A DNA stretch of 8,595 bases from a virus (IMGVR_UViG_2778261121_000002), one strand, 5' to 3'; shown: positions 1-6,287, counted from the first letter of the stretch. The notes: generated by a model not told the origin, from the sequence alone. Numbers and translations: made by a program.

Positions 1-22
1 ACAAATATCTCATCATGTTGTT

Positions 23-838
23 ATGACAAAATCCTCCGTCGGCACAAGAAGAATAAATTCTTTAGTAACACATGCTTACCGCATTAATTCTGTTTATCAA
101 TTATTGGAACATGTAAACAATATCGGCAAAGGTATCTGCGTAACACCTCAAAAAATTGAGAAATCTCATTGGACGCCAATTTATTCAGGAGATAGAAGAA
201 ATCTTGGATATTCGTTTGCCTTTAAAAACAGGCTATCGATAGAGATATTCCTTATTACATTAATTGACTACATAGACTCAGGAAAAATATCCTCGCTAGA
301 GGATTCCAAATATATAACAGAGGACATTAAATATCTTGATCTTCTATACAAAAAAGTCCATCCGACTCAAGAAGAAATCAGCTACGACCTCCAGAGAGAA
401 GAAGTTGAGGAATATATAGAGGGCGAAACAAGATTAATCCAGTCGCAACATCGTAGCCGCGTATCCGGGTTAAGGAATGACGTTCTGGCAAACGCAGACT
501 ACAGGTGTCAATTATGTTGCAGAACGATGTCGGAAATATACGGCAAGGAAATTGACGGCAAAGAAACGAAAACGCTGCTACACGCTCACCACATCGTCCC
601 ACTTTCACAAGGCGAAGATGCACGAAGCGTGAACCCAAAAACAGATCTGATTGCCGTCTGCCCTAGCTGTCACGCAATACTTCACATCAACGGCAACAAG
701 GAAGCTATACCACGCGAGCGATTTTATGAATTGCGCAAAAAAATTGTCGGCAACCTTCAAAAGCAAGAAAACATAGACATAATGAACCTTGCATGTGATG
801 AAATTAGCAAAAAAGAGAAGAACAAAAACGCCAATTAA
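23..838 (+). CDS. HNH-motif nuclease with McrA-like C-terminal domain; N-terminal ~150 aa unassigned; possibly 5'-partial
   Basis: 271-codon ORF. C-terminus reads CQLC...HAHHIVPLS...N...CPSCH, the canonical HNH (Cys-x2-Cys / His-His / Asn / Cys-x2-Cys-His) pattern. The frame is open from position 2 to the first ATG at 23 and no Shine-Dalgarno precedes 23, so the true start may lie upstream of the window. Confidence 0.7.
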   Translation: MTKSSVGTRRINSLVTHAYRINSVYQLLEHVNNIGKGICVTPQKIEKSHWTPIYSGDRRNLGYSFAFKNRLSIEIFLITLIDYIDSGKISSLEDSKYITEDIKYLDLLYKKVHPTQEEISYDLQREEVEEYIEGETRLIQSQHRSRVSGLRNDVLANADYRCQLCCRTMSEIYGKEIDGKETKTLLHAHHIVPLSQGEDARSVNPKTDLIAVCPSCHAILHINGNKEAIPRERFYELRKKIVGNLQKQENIDIMNLACDEISKKEKNKNAN

Positions 839-863
839 CGCTATCTACCTATAAATGTGAAAC

Positions 864-901
864 ATGCCCTCGACAATACCAGAAAGATTTGTCGAGGGCA
901 T
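864..901 (+). other. Perfect 13-bp inverted repeat (stem-loop) downstream of the HNH ORF
   Basis: atgccctcgacaa (864-876), 12-nt loop, ttgtcgagggcat (889-901). No clear U-tract follows, so it may be a weak terminator, RNA-stability hairpin or protein site. Confidence 0.4.
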
Positions 902-1243
902 AGGGCTTTCCCTATGTCTGAACGATTAAATGTTAACAGCAATCAAATATTTTGTATATGTTATTCTTCTGGTGGCACGACAAAATCATCGAACTTATTC
1001 TTTCGTCTCGAAGCAACTTGATTTCTTCTTCTGTTATACATTTGTCATAATCTGTTTGTTCAAAATGGCACAGTGTAACCGCGAATGGATAGCCGCTATT
1101 AACAATGCTAATGAGTATTTTTTATTCACCACATTCTTCATGAAACTTATTCCATAATCAATTTTTGTTGGAATGTACGGTTAGTCTGTCTACGCGTCAT
1201 AGAGATGTATATAATGACCAAAAAAGACTTAAAAAGGTAGACT

Positions 1244-1765
1244 ATGGTTAAAGACATCACCTACGGCATACCGGCTGAAGTATGGCCGCGAAACTACGAA
1301 CATGCTGAACGCACCTTGCTCTTCTGGCGGAGGGCTAAATTTCCTGTAAGAGTCACTCTCGAAGATGGCCAAGTGTTTTGCATGTACGTTTATGGTCTCA
1401 TGTCATCTCGTAACAAAGTTGACCTTTGTCCAACTCCATTTGACAAAGAAAATCGTATAAGGCTCCCACTTGAGCGCATTAGCACAATTGAATCAGGCGT
1501 AATTGATGGCATTGATTACGATTTCAAAGGGAGACTAACAATACACCCTGACTATGTAGACAACCAGCCATCACGTCGTGACTTTTTTAAGATATGTCGC
1601 AAGGCTTATCAAAACGGCCAATCTATAAGGGTCTACATGGCAGATGGCCGCGAAATTGAGGGAACGTCAGATGGCGTTGATGCCTGCCTAGTCACACTTA
1701 AGTTGAAAGACGGCAGAAAAATTCTTGTTTTCTTCGATTGGGTTGAACGAATTTTACCTTTTTGA
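1244..1765 (+). CDS. Hypothetical protein with two tandem Rof/YaeO-like repeats (putative modulator of Rho-dependent termination)
   Basis: 173-codon ORF with RBS aaaggtag 5-6 nt upstream and a TATAAT box at 1210-1215. Internal duplication (VRVTLEDGQ...SSRNKV...RIRLPLERIST versus IRVYMADGRE...VTLKLKDGRKI). The first repeat resembles E. coli Rof as I recall it (LTLELKDGEK...SRKNV...RELRLDKITS); this is from memory, not a search. Confidence 0.7.
   Translation: MVKDITYGIPAEVWPRNYEHAERTLLFWRRAKFPVRVTLEDGQVFCMYVYGLMSSRNKVDLCPTPFDKENRIRLPLERISTIESGVIDGIDYDFKGRLTIHPDYVDNQPSRRDFFKICRKAYQNGQSIRVYMADGREIEGTSDGVDACLVTLKLKDGRKILVFFDWVERILPF
1708..1758. repeat. 51-bp perfect direct repeat, copy 1 (3' end of the 1244-1765 CDS)
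   Basis: agacggcagaaaaattcttgttttcttcgattgggttgaacgaattttacc is identical at 1708-1758 and 2074-2124; flanking bases are also similar. Confidence 0.9.
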
Positions 1766-1768
1766 GTT

Positions 1769-2065
1769 ATGAAATCGATACTATTGACATCATTATTTTT
1801 AGTTTACTCAATTTCAGCCAATGCAAAGGATGATATCGCAATTATTCAGTCGCTGATGAATGACGTATGCTCAACGTCTCAGAATGTACCAGTTTGCATG
1901 TTTAAACTTTCAGCAGCTGTAAAACTAGGGATAAACATTGGTAAGACCGCTCAACTATGTGAACAAGTGGAAAATTATGAACCATGTGAATCGAACAACT
2001 CTTCTGTGCAGTTCGTTGATGCGTTATTTGACACCAATCGTAAGGCTGTAGAGTCAGTCCGATAA
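1769..2065 (+). CDS. Small secreted four-cysteine protein, paralog 1 (98 aa)
   Basis: N-terminal signal-peptide-like segment MKSILLTSLFLVYSISANA with an AxA cleavage motif. Mature part has four Cys in two pairs (C-x8-C ... C-x9-C). ATG lies 3 nt after the upstream stop with no Shine-Dalgarno, suggesting translational coupling. Confidence 0.65.
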   Translation: MKSILLTSLFLVYSISANAKDDIAIIQSLMNDVCSTSQNVPVCMFKLSAAVKLGINIGKTAQLCEQVENYEPCESNNSSVQFVDALFDTNRKAVESVR

Positions 2066-2131
2066 ATGTATGAAGACGGCAGAAAAATTCTTGTTTTCTT
2101 CGATTGGGTTGAACGAATTTTACCGTTTTAG
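2066..2131 (+). pseudogene. 21-codon in-frame remnant duplicating the C-terminus of the 1244-1765 protein
   Basis: ATG directly abuts the stop of the preceding gene (taaATG). Encodes MYEDGRKILVFFDWVERILPF, matching ...KDGRKILVFFDWVERILPF at the end of the 173-aa protein. Contains repeat copy 2. Confidence 0.5.
2074..2124. repeat. 51-bp perfect direct repeat, copy 2
   Basis: Identical to 1708-1758; lies immediately upstream of the second small secreted-protein gene. Confidence 0.9.
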
Positions 2132-2140
2132 GATATTGAT

Positions 2141-2440
2141 ATGAAAACTGTAGCAGCATTCACATTCTTAACTTTCATTTTTAGCTCTTCCGCATTTTCT
2201 CAAGAAAATAGCATTGAACGAGTGCAACGTGTCTCTACAGAGTTGTGTTCAAAGGCGGAAGACTACGATTTGTGCATGTTAGACCTAAGCATGGCTTTAG
2301 GCGCTGCATATCAAGATGGACTGATCGTTGCGGGATGCAAGTTGGGACTTGATGAGCCTTCGAAAGACAAATGCGAAAACTCGGAGCGTTTTCAGGAATA
2401 TATAATAAAAGAAATCAGGAACTATGCAAAAAAGATGTAA
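2141..2440 (+). CDS. Small secreted four-cysteine protein, paralog 2 (99 aa)
   Basis: RBS aggat 6 nt upstream. Signal-peptide-like MKTVAAFTFLTFIFSSSAFS. Four Cys in two pairs (C-x8-C ... C-x11-C), same architecture and size as paralog 1. Confidence 0.7.
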   Translation: MKTVAAFTFLTFIFSSSAFSQENSIERVQRVSTELCSKAEDYDLCMLDLSMALGAAYQDGLIVAGCKLGLDEPSKDKCENSERFQEYIIKEIRNYAKKM

Positions 2441-2453
2441 ATTCCTATAAGGG

Positions 2454-2484
2454 TAATAACCGGCTAAGTCCGGTTATTATTTTA
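2454..2484 (+). terminator. Rho-independent terminator closing the AT-rich cassette
   Basis: 10-bp stem taataaccgg / ccggttatta with loop ctaagt, followed by a T-run (ttttac). Confidence 0.65.
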
Positions 2485-2614
2485 CACGCCATTCATTTAA
2501 TACTCTTTCAATTCTACCCCGTATAAATATATAAGGTTATAAGCCGGAATTAATTATTTATTTAGGGAACACCTTCGACGATCTCGCTTTTATTTCTAGG
2601 ACTTTCATCCCTGC

Positions 2615-2661
2615 AAAAAAAATTAAAAAACGCTTGCAATCTTTTTTCTCATATCGATAAT
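2615..2661 (+). promoter_or_regulatory. Sigma70-type promoter with upstream A-tract
   Basis: A-tract 2615-2630 (aaaaaaaattaaaaaa), -35 TTGCAA (2634-2639), 16-bp spacer, -10 GATAAT (2656-2661). About 60 nt upstream of the 2722 start. Confidence 0.6.
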
Positions 2662-2721
2662 TGGACTCATCGAAAGCGAAATCGCTAACGACAATTAAAT
2701 TTTATACTAAGGATTGAAATC

Positions 2722-3372
2722 ATGGCTAACATTATCATTTCTAAAAAATCCATCATTGAAGCTGCTTCCATTGTATCCGATGAACTGCGCGAAAAAGCAG
2801 ATCTGGCAACTCAAACATATAACGAACATTATAAAAATGGTACGCACACTAAAGCAGACAAAGCAAATATGCAAGCTGCGACCACTAAACTTGCTTACTT
2901 CATCAACAACGTTGTAAACGCTGTAGAAGACGAAAAATTATGCTCTGTTTTCTACTATGCGATTAAAGCAAGCAAACAAGCGCCAGAAGTATTTTTCCGT
3001 GATGCTATGACTAATAGTTATTCACTGGAAAAACTGGTTTATCTGGTTAAATCCATTAAAGCTGGTAAATGTGTTTATTCCGTCGCTGATATGTCTGGAT
3101 CTCGTGTATTCGCTTTAATCGATATGATTAACGACGAGATCGACACGTTCACCAATGGCGCTGTTTTCGACTTAATGAATGAAGCTAAAAAAGCGTGTGA
3201 AATTAAATTGGACGTTGGCTATACTCAAGCCAACCAGTTGATCAATCTTTGCGAACGTCTTGGACTTGTTGAAAAAGTCAAAGGAATGGGAAGCGCCAAA
3301 GCTGGTACACAGCAATATCGCTTTATCAAGAATGATTTCTACAATTATTTAGCTGATGCTTTCAAAGCGTAA
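2722..3372 (+). CDS. Hypothetical protein (216 aa), first gene of a three-gene operon
   Basis: RBS taaggat 7 nt upstream of ATG. Long ORF with non-repetitive composition. No motif recognised by eye. Confidence 0.8.
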   Translation: MANIIISKKSIIEAASIVSDELREKADLATQTYNEHYKNGTHTKADKANMQAATTKLAYFINNVVNAVEDEKLCSVFYYAIKASKQAPEVFFRDAMTNSYSLEKLVYLVKSIKAGKCVYSVADMSGSRVFALIDMINDEIDTFTNGAVFDLMNEAKKACEIKLDVGYTQANQLINLCERLGLVEKVKGMGSAKAGTQQYRFIKNDFYNYLADAFKA

Positions 3373-3385
3373 TTAATGGAATCAT

Positions 3386-3405
3386 GCGCCCACTATGGGC
3401 GCTTT
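3386..3405 (+). promoter_or_regulatory. Intra-operon hairpin (attenuator or RNA-processing candidate)
   Basis: gcgccca-cta-tgggcgc followed by only ttt, then the RBS aaggag. The same 20-mer recurs at 3882-3901 as part of a terminator. Confidence 0.4.
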
Positions 3406-3420
3406 AAAGGAGCTTTAAAA

Positions 3421-3624
3421 ATGGTCAGCTATGACAAGATCCGCGCGGAATATCGCGCAAAGTATCGCGCTTACAAACTGGAATTAATCGATTATTTGAT
3501 CGCGCAACGCGACCAATTAAATTTTACGTTTTCTGATTTGCTTAACAGCAAGCGAGATTGCAAGCGCAAACGTGAATACTTACGTTTAAGCGCATTAATC
3601 GGAAAACTTCAAAATTCTATTTAA
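3421..3624 (+). CDS. Hypothetical small basic protein (67 aa)
   Basis: AAGGAG 8 nt upstream of the ATG at 3421. The longer ORF from 3376 lacks an RBS and overlaps the hairpin. Lys/Arg-rich sequence. Confidence 0.6.
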   Translation: MVSYDKIRAEYRAKYRAYKLELIDYLIAQRDQLNFTFSDLLNSKRDCKRKREYLRLSALIGKLQNSI

Positions 3625-3644
3625 TTTTTTTAAGGAGCTTAATC

Positions 3645-3875
3645 ATGTTTGTTCTTATCGCTGGCGTTAACGTCCATAACGAATATTATGTTAATCGCAT
3701 CGCTGGGATCGCTGGTTACGCTGGGCGCGCAGTCGCGCTTATAGATGAAACGACGCGCAAAATTGACTTATTGAGCGACCAGGAGCGAAAAAAAGCAGAC
3801 GTGAACGACGCTGATATATTTTTAATGTTAAAAGCGTTTGTAGAAATGGGATTTGAAATCAGTTTACATAAATAA
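3645..3875 (+). CDS. Hypothetical protein (76 aa)
   Basis: AAGGAG 7 nt upstream of ATG; followed directly by tandem terminators. Confidence 0.65.
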   Translation: MFVLIAGVNVHNEYYVNRIAGIAGYAGRAVALIDETTRKIDLLSDQERKKADVNDADIFLMLKAFVEMGFEISLHK

Positions 3876-3880
3876 AATCG

Positions 3881-3904
3881 AGCGCCCACTATGGGCGCTT
3901 TTTT
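3881..3904 (+). terminator. Rho-independent terminator 1 of the plus-strand operon
   Basis: 8-bp GC-rich stem agcgccca / tgggcgct with a 3-nt loop, then a run of six T. Confidence 0.75.
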
Positions 3905-3925
3905 CGTTTCCAATACTCCCACCAT

Positions 3926-3951
3926 AACGCGCCAATGATGGCGCGTTTTTT
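3926..3951 (+). terminator. Rho-independent terminator 2 (tandem)
   Basis: 9-bp stem aacgcgcca / tggcgcgtt, loop atga, then ttttttatt. Confidence 0.65.
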
Positions 3952-4053
3952 ATTGTCTTTAACTCACTCCAACAACATAAAAATAAGCGCAAAAAATAAC
4001 GCCATAGACGCGCTTTTATATCCTCGCCAGTATATACCCATTACTTAACATAT

Positions 4054-4074
4054 TAACGCGCTTAAAACGCGTTA
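4054..4074. other. Inverted repeat in structured non-coding region
   Basis: taacgcg (4054-4060), 7-nt loop, cgcgtta (4068-4074). Confidence 0.4.
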
Positions 4075-4123
4075 TATTGCGCTATAGAGTATGGTTAATC
4101 ATTGGCTTTTAGTCTTGCTTTAT

Positions 4124-4151
4124 GATCCGCGTTTATTTGTCGGCGCGGATC
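4124..4151. other. 8-bp inverted repeat carrying two GATC sites
   Basis: gatccgcg (4124-4131), 12 nt, cgcggatc (4144-4151). Confidence 0.45.
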
Positions 4152-4205
4152 GGCATTTCGTTTTGTTCCGTATCCGCTCGCGTATTATGTGCGCGTAATT
4201 TTTCA

Positions 4206-4240
4206 CATAATCACACCACTTAATCACGTATGTGATTATG
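4206..4240. promoter_or_regulatory. 9-bp inverted repeat plus a direct TAATCAC copy (operator-like)
   Basis: cataatcac (4206-4214) and gtgattatg (4232-4240), with a third taatcac at 4221-4227 between them. Confidence 0.4.
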
Positions 4241-4364
4241 CTACGAAAGAAATCTGGATGTCTCAGGTGACGAAAGTCATCATAATTTTCCCCGCTCACC
4301 TGTCCGACAACCGCTGGTTGGATTCCACCAGCTTCCCGATGTTTTTTCTACATAAAGGCGAATG

Positions 4365-4486
4365 CAGCCGTTTCCCGAAAAAATCCTGGCCGTTTCCCGT
4401 CGGCTCATGAATACGTTCCTCGCCGTTTCTGAAAATTTCCCTGCGGCAGCTGGTGGCTATAGAGAAAGGGCCGTTTCTGGCCCTCT
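4365..4486. repeat. Iteron array 1: four direct copies of CCGTTTC(C/T)
   Basis: CCG of each copy starts at 4368, 4390, 4423 and 4471 (spacings 22, 33, 48 bp). Copy 3 reads ccgtttctgaaaatttccc. Confidence 0.6.
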
Positions 4487-4492
4487 TCTCAG

Positions 4493-4975
4493 TTACACGC
4501 CATCAAGGATGTGGATGCGGTTGCTTGCGTATACATTCAGCATAAAGTTAGCGCAAAACAGTTTCCATGTATCAACGCCAGCGGTATACGTAATGTTTTT
4601 GCATTTAATTGCATTGTTGGCGATCCGCATCCCCTGCGATACTGCTTCATCGTCGGAAAATTTGAACGACGATTGAGTTTTAATCCAGACAGAAATCTGC
4701 GTAGCGAACTCAATCAGCTTGGACTGGCAGAATCGCCCGGAGCGCACCGGAAAGACGAACGTTCCGAATCCAGAATTTACCACATATGCTTTCTCAAATA
4801 CCCGCGAGTAACGACGATTGCCAATGATGTCGCGTGCAATAATGCATTTTTCTTGTGCTGACAGTTCTACCGTCTCATTGTCGCGCCATGCACCAAGTAC
4901 TCGTTTTTCAATGTCAGAGAACGTTACAGCGATATTGCCATGTGCGGGTGCGTTTACAGTAGCGATAAAATTCAT
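4493..4975 (-). CDS. Hypothetical protein (160 aa)
   Basis: RBS aagga 7 nt upstream of ATG (minus strand); conserved promoter/leader module A upstream. Confidence 0.75.
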   Translation of the reverse strand: MNFIATVNAPAHGNIAVTFSDIEKRVLGAWRDNETVELSAQEKCIIARDIIGNRRYSRVFEKAYVVNSGFGTFVFPVRSGRFCQSKLIEFATQISVWIKTQSSFKFSDDEAVSQGMRIANNAIKCKNITYTAGVDTWKLFCANFMLNVYASNRIHILDGV

Positions 4976-5049
4976 GATTGATTCCTTATCGTAAATAACA
5001 AATTGTTTTCTTGTTGGTGTTAATTATCGTTGTACGAATAAGGCGTCAA
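4976..5049 (-). promoter_or_regulatory. Conserved promoter/leader module A
   Basis: Minus-strand reading: TTGACG, 15 nt, GATAAT, then TAACACCAACAAGAAAACAATTTGTT..., RBS, ATG. The core GATAAT + 10-11 nt + AGAAAACA is shared with modules B, C and D. Confidence 0.6.
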
Positions 5050-5063
5050 AGTGGAAAGTTACG

Positions 5064-5135
5064 GTAGCCGGACGGGAACAGGTGGGTTTGTCGGTTGCCT
5101 AGAGGTAAGAGGTTGGTGTTTTTAGCCTGCGGGGA
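5064..5135. repeat. Dispersed ~70-bp repeat, copy 1
   Basis: cggtagccgg...aggtgggtttgtcggttgcct...agaggttggtgttttt aligns with cggtagcctg...aggtgggtcttttcggtagcct...agaggttggttgttttt at 8246-8310. Confidence 0.5.
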
Positions 5136-5178
5136 ACAGGATGGTCATTTAAGGCCACCAGCATTGGCAGCCTATATA

Positions 5179-5478
5179 TCATTGCTTTCGATGTGCTGCA
5201 ACGAACTCTTTCAACGTTTCTAGCGCATGATAAAGACCGACGATATTCGAGCCGTAGTCGATGCAAACAGGGGAAAGTGATGTCTTCCCGTCGTGCGATG
5301 AATATGCCGATGTGGTAGTTGCAGGGAAATCGTGGCGATAGCAAACCGCAGTTTTTGGGTGTCGCAGATACGCTATCCCTCTTTCAAGATCATAAATTGC
5401 GCGTCGCAGGTCATGCTCCTGCGCTCTGGTCAATTTTGCCATCGTAATACTCTCACTTAATGCGGCAAAGCCAGCCAT
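5179..5478 (-). CDS. Hypothetical protein (99 aa; alternative start at 5442 gives 87 aa)
   Basis: ORF downstream of the 5525-5716 gene on the same strand, probably co-transcribed. The ATG at 5478 has a poor RBS; the in-frame ATG at 5442 is preceded by gagag. Confidence 0.55.
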   Translation of the reverse strand: MAGFAALSESITMAKLTRAQEHDLRRAIYDLERGIAYLRHPKTAVCYRHDFPATTTSAYSSHDGKTSLSPVCIDYGSNIVGLYHALETLKEFVAAHRKQ

Positions 5479-5524
5479 GATTCAAGGAATACATTTTGTG
5501 CTTTTGGGGTAATGGTGAAATCAG

Positions 5525-5716
5525 TCATCGTGCCCCCATCTCCTGCAACTGTGCAACGGTGATATCTGGACACAGCCCGTCGATCCACACCCACACGTCA
5601 ATGATGCTGTCACCGGCTTCAAAATGGTGAAATGCACGCTCAAGCTGCTGATTGTTATCCACAGGCTCATTTGCTAGCTGCGCCCAGATTTGCTGTACTT
5701 GAGTAATAGTTTTCAT
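5525..5716 (-). CDS. Hypothetical small protein (63 aa)
   Basis: RBS agagga 6 nt upstream of ATG; conserved module B directly upstream. Confidence 0.65.
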   Translation of the reverse strand: MKTITQVQQIWAQLANEPVDNNQQLERAFHHFEAGDSIIDVWVWIDGLCPDITVAQLQEMGAR

Positions 5717-5775
5717 CTGCTTTCCTCTTGTTTTCTTGTTGTTGTAATTATCGCAGTGTAGATAAGGTAGAAAAC
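5717..5775 (-). promoter_or_regulatory. Conserved promoter/leader module B
   Basis: Minus-strand reading: TGcGATAAT (extended -10), then TACAACAACAAGAAAACAAGAGGAAAGCAG, ATG. The -35 is weak. Confidence 0.5.
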
Positions 5776-5789
5776 AAATTGTTATCGGG

Positions 5790-5821
5790 TATAAGAAAAT
5801 GGCGCGGTTTACGCGCCATTT
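5790..5821 (-). terminator. Rho-independent terminator after the 5830-6225 gene
   Basis: 10-bp stem aaatggcgcg / cgcgccattt with loop gttta; on the minus strand it is followed by ttttcttat. Confidence 0.65.
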
Positions 5822-5829
5822 AAAGAGGA

Positions 5830-6225
5830 TTAAGCGAATACGCTTTCAGGGATTAAGGTATCAGCAGGAATGCCGGAGGTAATACGCAGACCGTACTGGC
5901 CAATCCAGGTGGTGCTGGTGTTCAGGCTGGAGGCGAATACGGTGTTAACCATATTCATCATGGTTTCAAACACCTCTTCATCAACCTGGCGGAAGTAGTT
6001 CTCGATTTTCAGCAGCAGCGGGTCAGTTGCATCGAGAATGGACTGGTATTGAGTCGCGTACTCGCCGCCGGAGGCATCACCTTTACGCACGATCGTACTG
6101 GCCTGTACTTCGGCACCAGTTTCGGTGTTGTACGTAACAACGGTGATTTTTGCCACATTCTTACCTTCGGCGGTTTCAGAGGCATAGTAAACATCAACTG
6201 TCAGTTTTTCGCGTTTAACGGTCAT
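5830..6225 (-). CDS. Hypothetical protein (131 aa), stand-alone transcription unit
   Basis: RBS ggag 6 nt upstream of ATG; its own near-consensus promoter upstream and terminators on both sides. Confidence 0.8.
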   Translation of the reverse strand: MTVKREKLTVDVYYASETAEGKNVAKITVVTYNTETGAEVQASTIVRKGDASGGEYATQYQSILDATDPLLLKIENYFRQVDEEVFETMMNMVNTVFASSLNTSTTWIGQYGLRITSGIPADTLIPESVFA

Positions 6226-6257
6226 TTCACTCTCCGTAGTGTATTGGTTATTTTTCT

Positions 6258-6286
6258 ATTCTATGATCGTAAGTATGTACTTACAA
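6258..6286 (-). promoter_or_regulatory. Near-consensus sigma70 promoter with embedded palindrome
   Basis: Minus-strand reading: TTGTAA, 17 nt, TAGAAT. The -35 and spacer contain the inverted repeat gtaagta-ca-tacttac (plus 6269-6284). Confidence 0.65.
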
Positions 6287-6287
6287 T

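Noticed and set aside
378-638. Nested or antisense ORFs overlapping stronger genes (378-638, 1902-2159, 2714-2917, 3716-3925, 4511-4861, 5099-5344, 6009-6197, 6049-6372, 6388-6591, 6539-6748, 6854-7048, 7108-7380)
   Set aside because: Each lies inside or opposite a longer ORF that has an RBS and a promoter or terminator context. None has its own RBS, and their compositions look like out-of-frame artefacts.
930-1157. 75-aa hydrophobic ORF in the AT-rich intergenic region
   Set aside because: No Shine-Dalgarno; the sequence is low-complexity and AT-driven. A small membrane peptide cannot be fully excluded.
3376-3420. Upstream ATG starts at 3376, 6693 and 7168 proposed by the ORF track
   Set aside because: These ATGs lack an RBS and fall inside the hairpin or conserved promoter modules. 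Downstream in-frame ATGs with good RBS spacing were preferred.
4206-4240. DnaA boxes (TTATCCACA)
   Set aside because: The best candidates (ataatcaca, ttaatcacg, aaatccaca at 7541-7549) match only 6-7 of 9 positions, which is not convincing.
4300-4370. Lambda-like cosN cohesive-end sequence next to the CGTTTCC repeats
   Set aside because: No GGGCGGCGACCT-like sequence or obvious nicking-site symmetry was found near either array, so a cos assignment is not supported beyond the heptamer resemblance.
4449-4456. Chi sites (GCTGGTGG) at 4449-4456 and 7309-7316 on the plus strand, and one on the minus strand (plus ccaccagc, 5155-5162)
   Set aside because: Three octamers in 8.6 kb with mixed orientation is within expectation for enterobacterial-like DNA, so there is no clear orientation bias to interpret.
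4365-4486. CRISPR array
   Set aside because: Repeat units are about 14 bp with about 8-bp gaps and degenerate copies, far from the 28-37-bp repeats and 30-40-bp spacers of CRISPR, and there are no cas-like ORFs.
4189-4676. ORFs 4189-4410 and 4362-4676 across iteron array 1
   Set aside because: They run through the 22-bp-period repeats, which cannot be maintained in frame, and have no RBS. The region is better explained as non-coding regulatory DNA.
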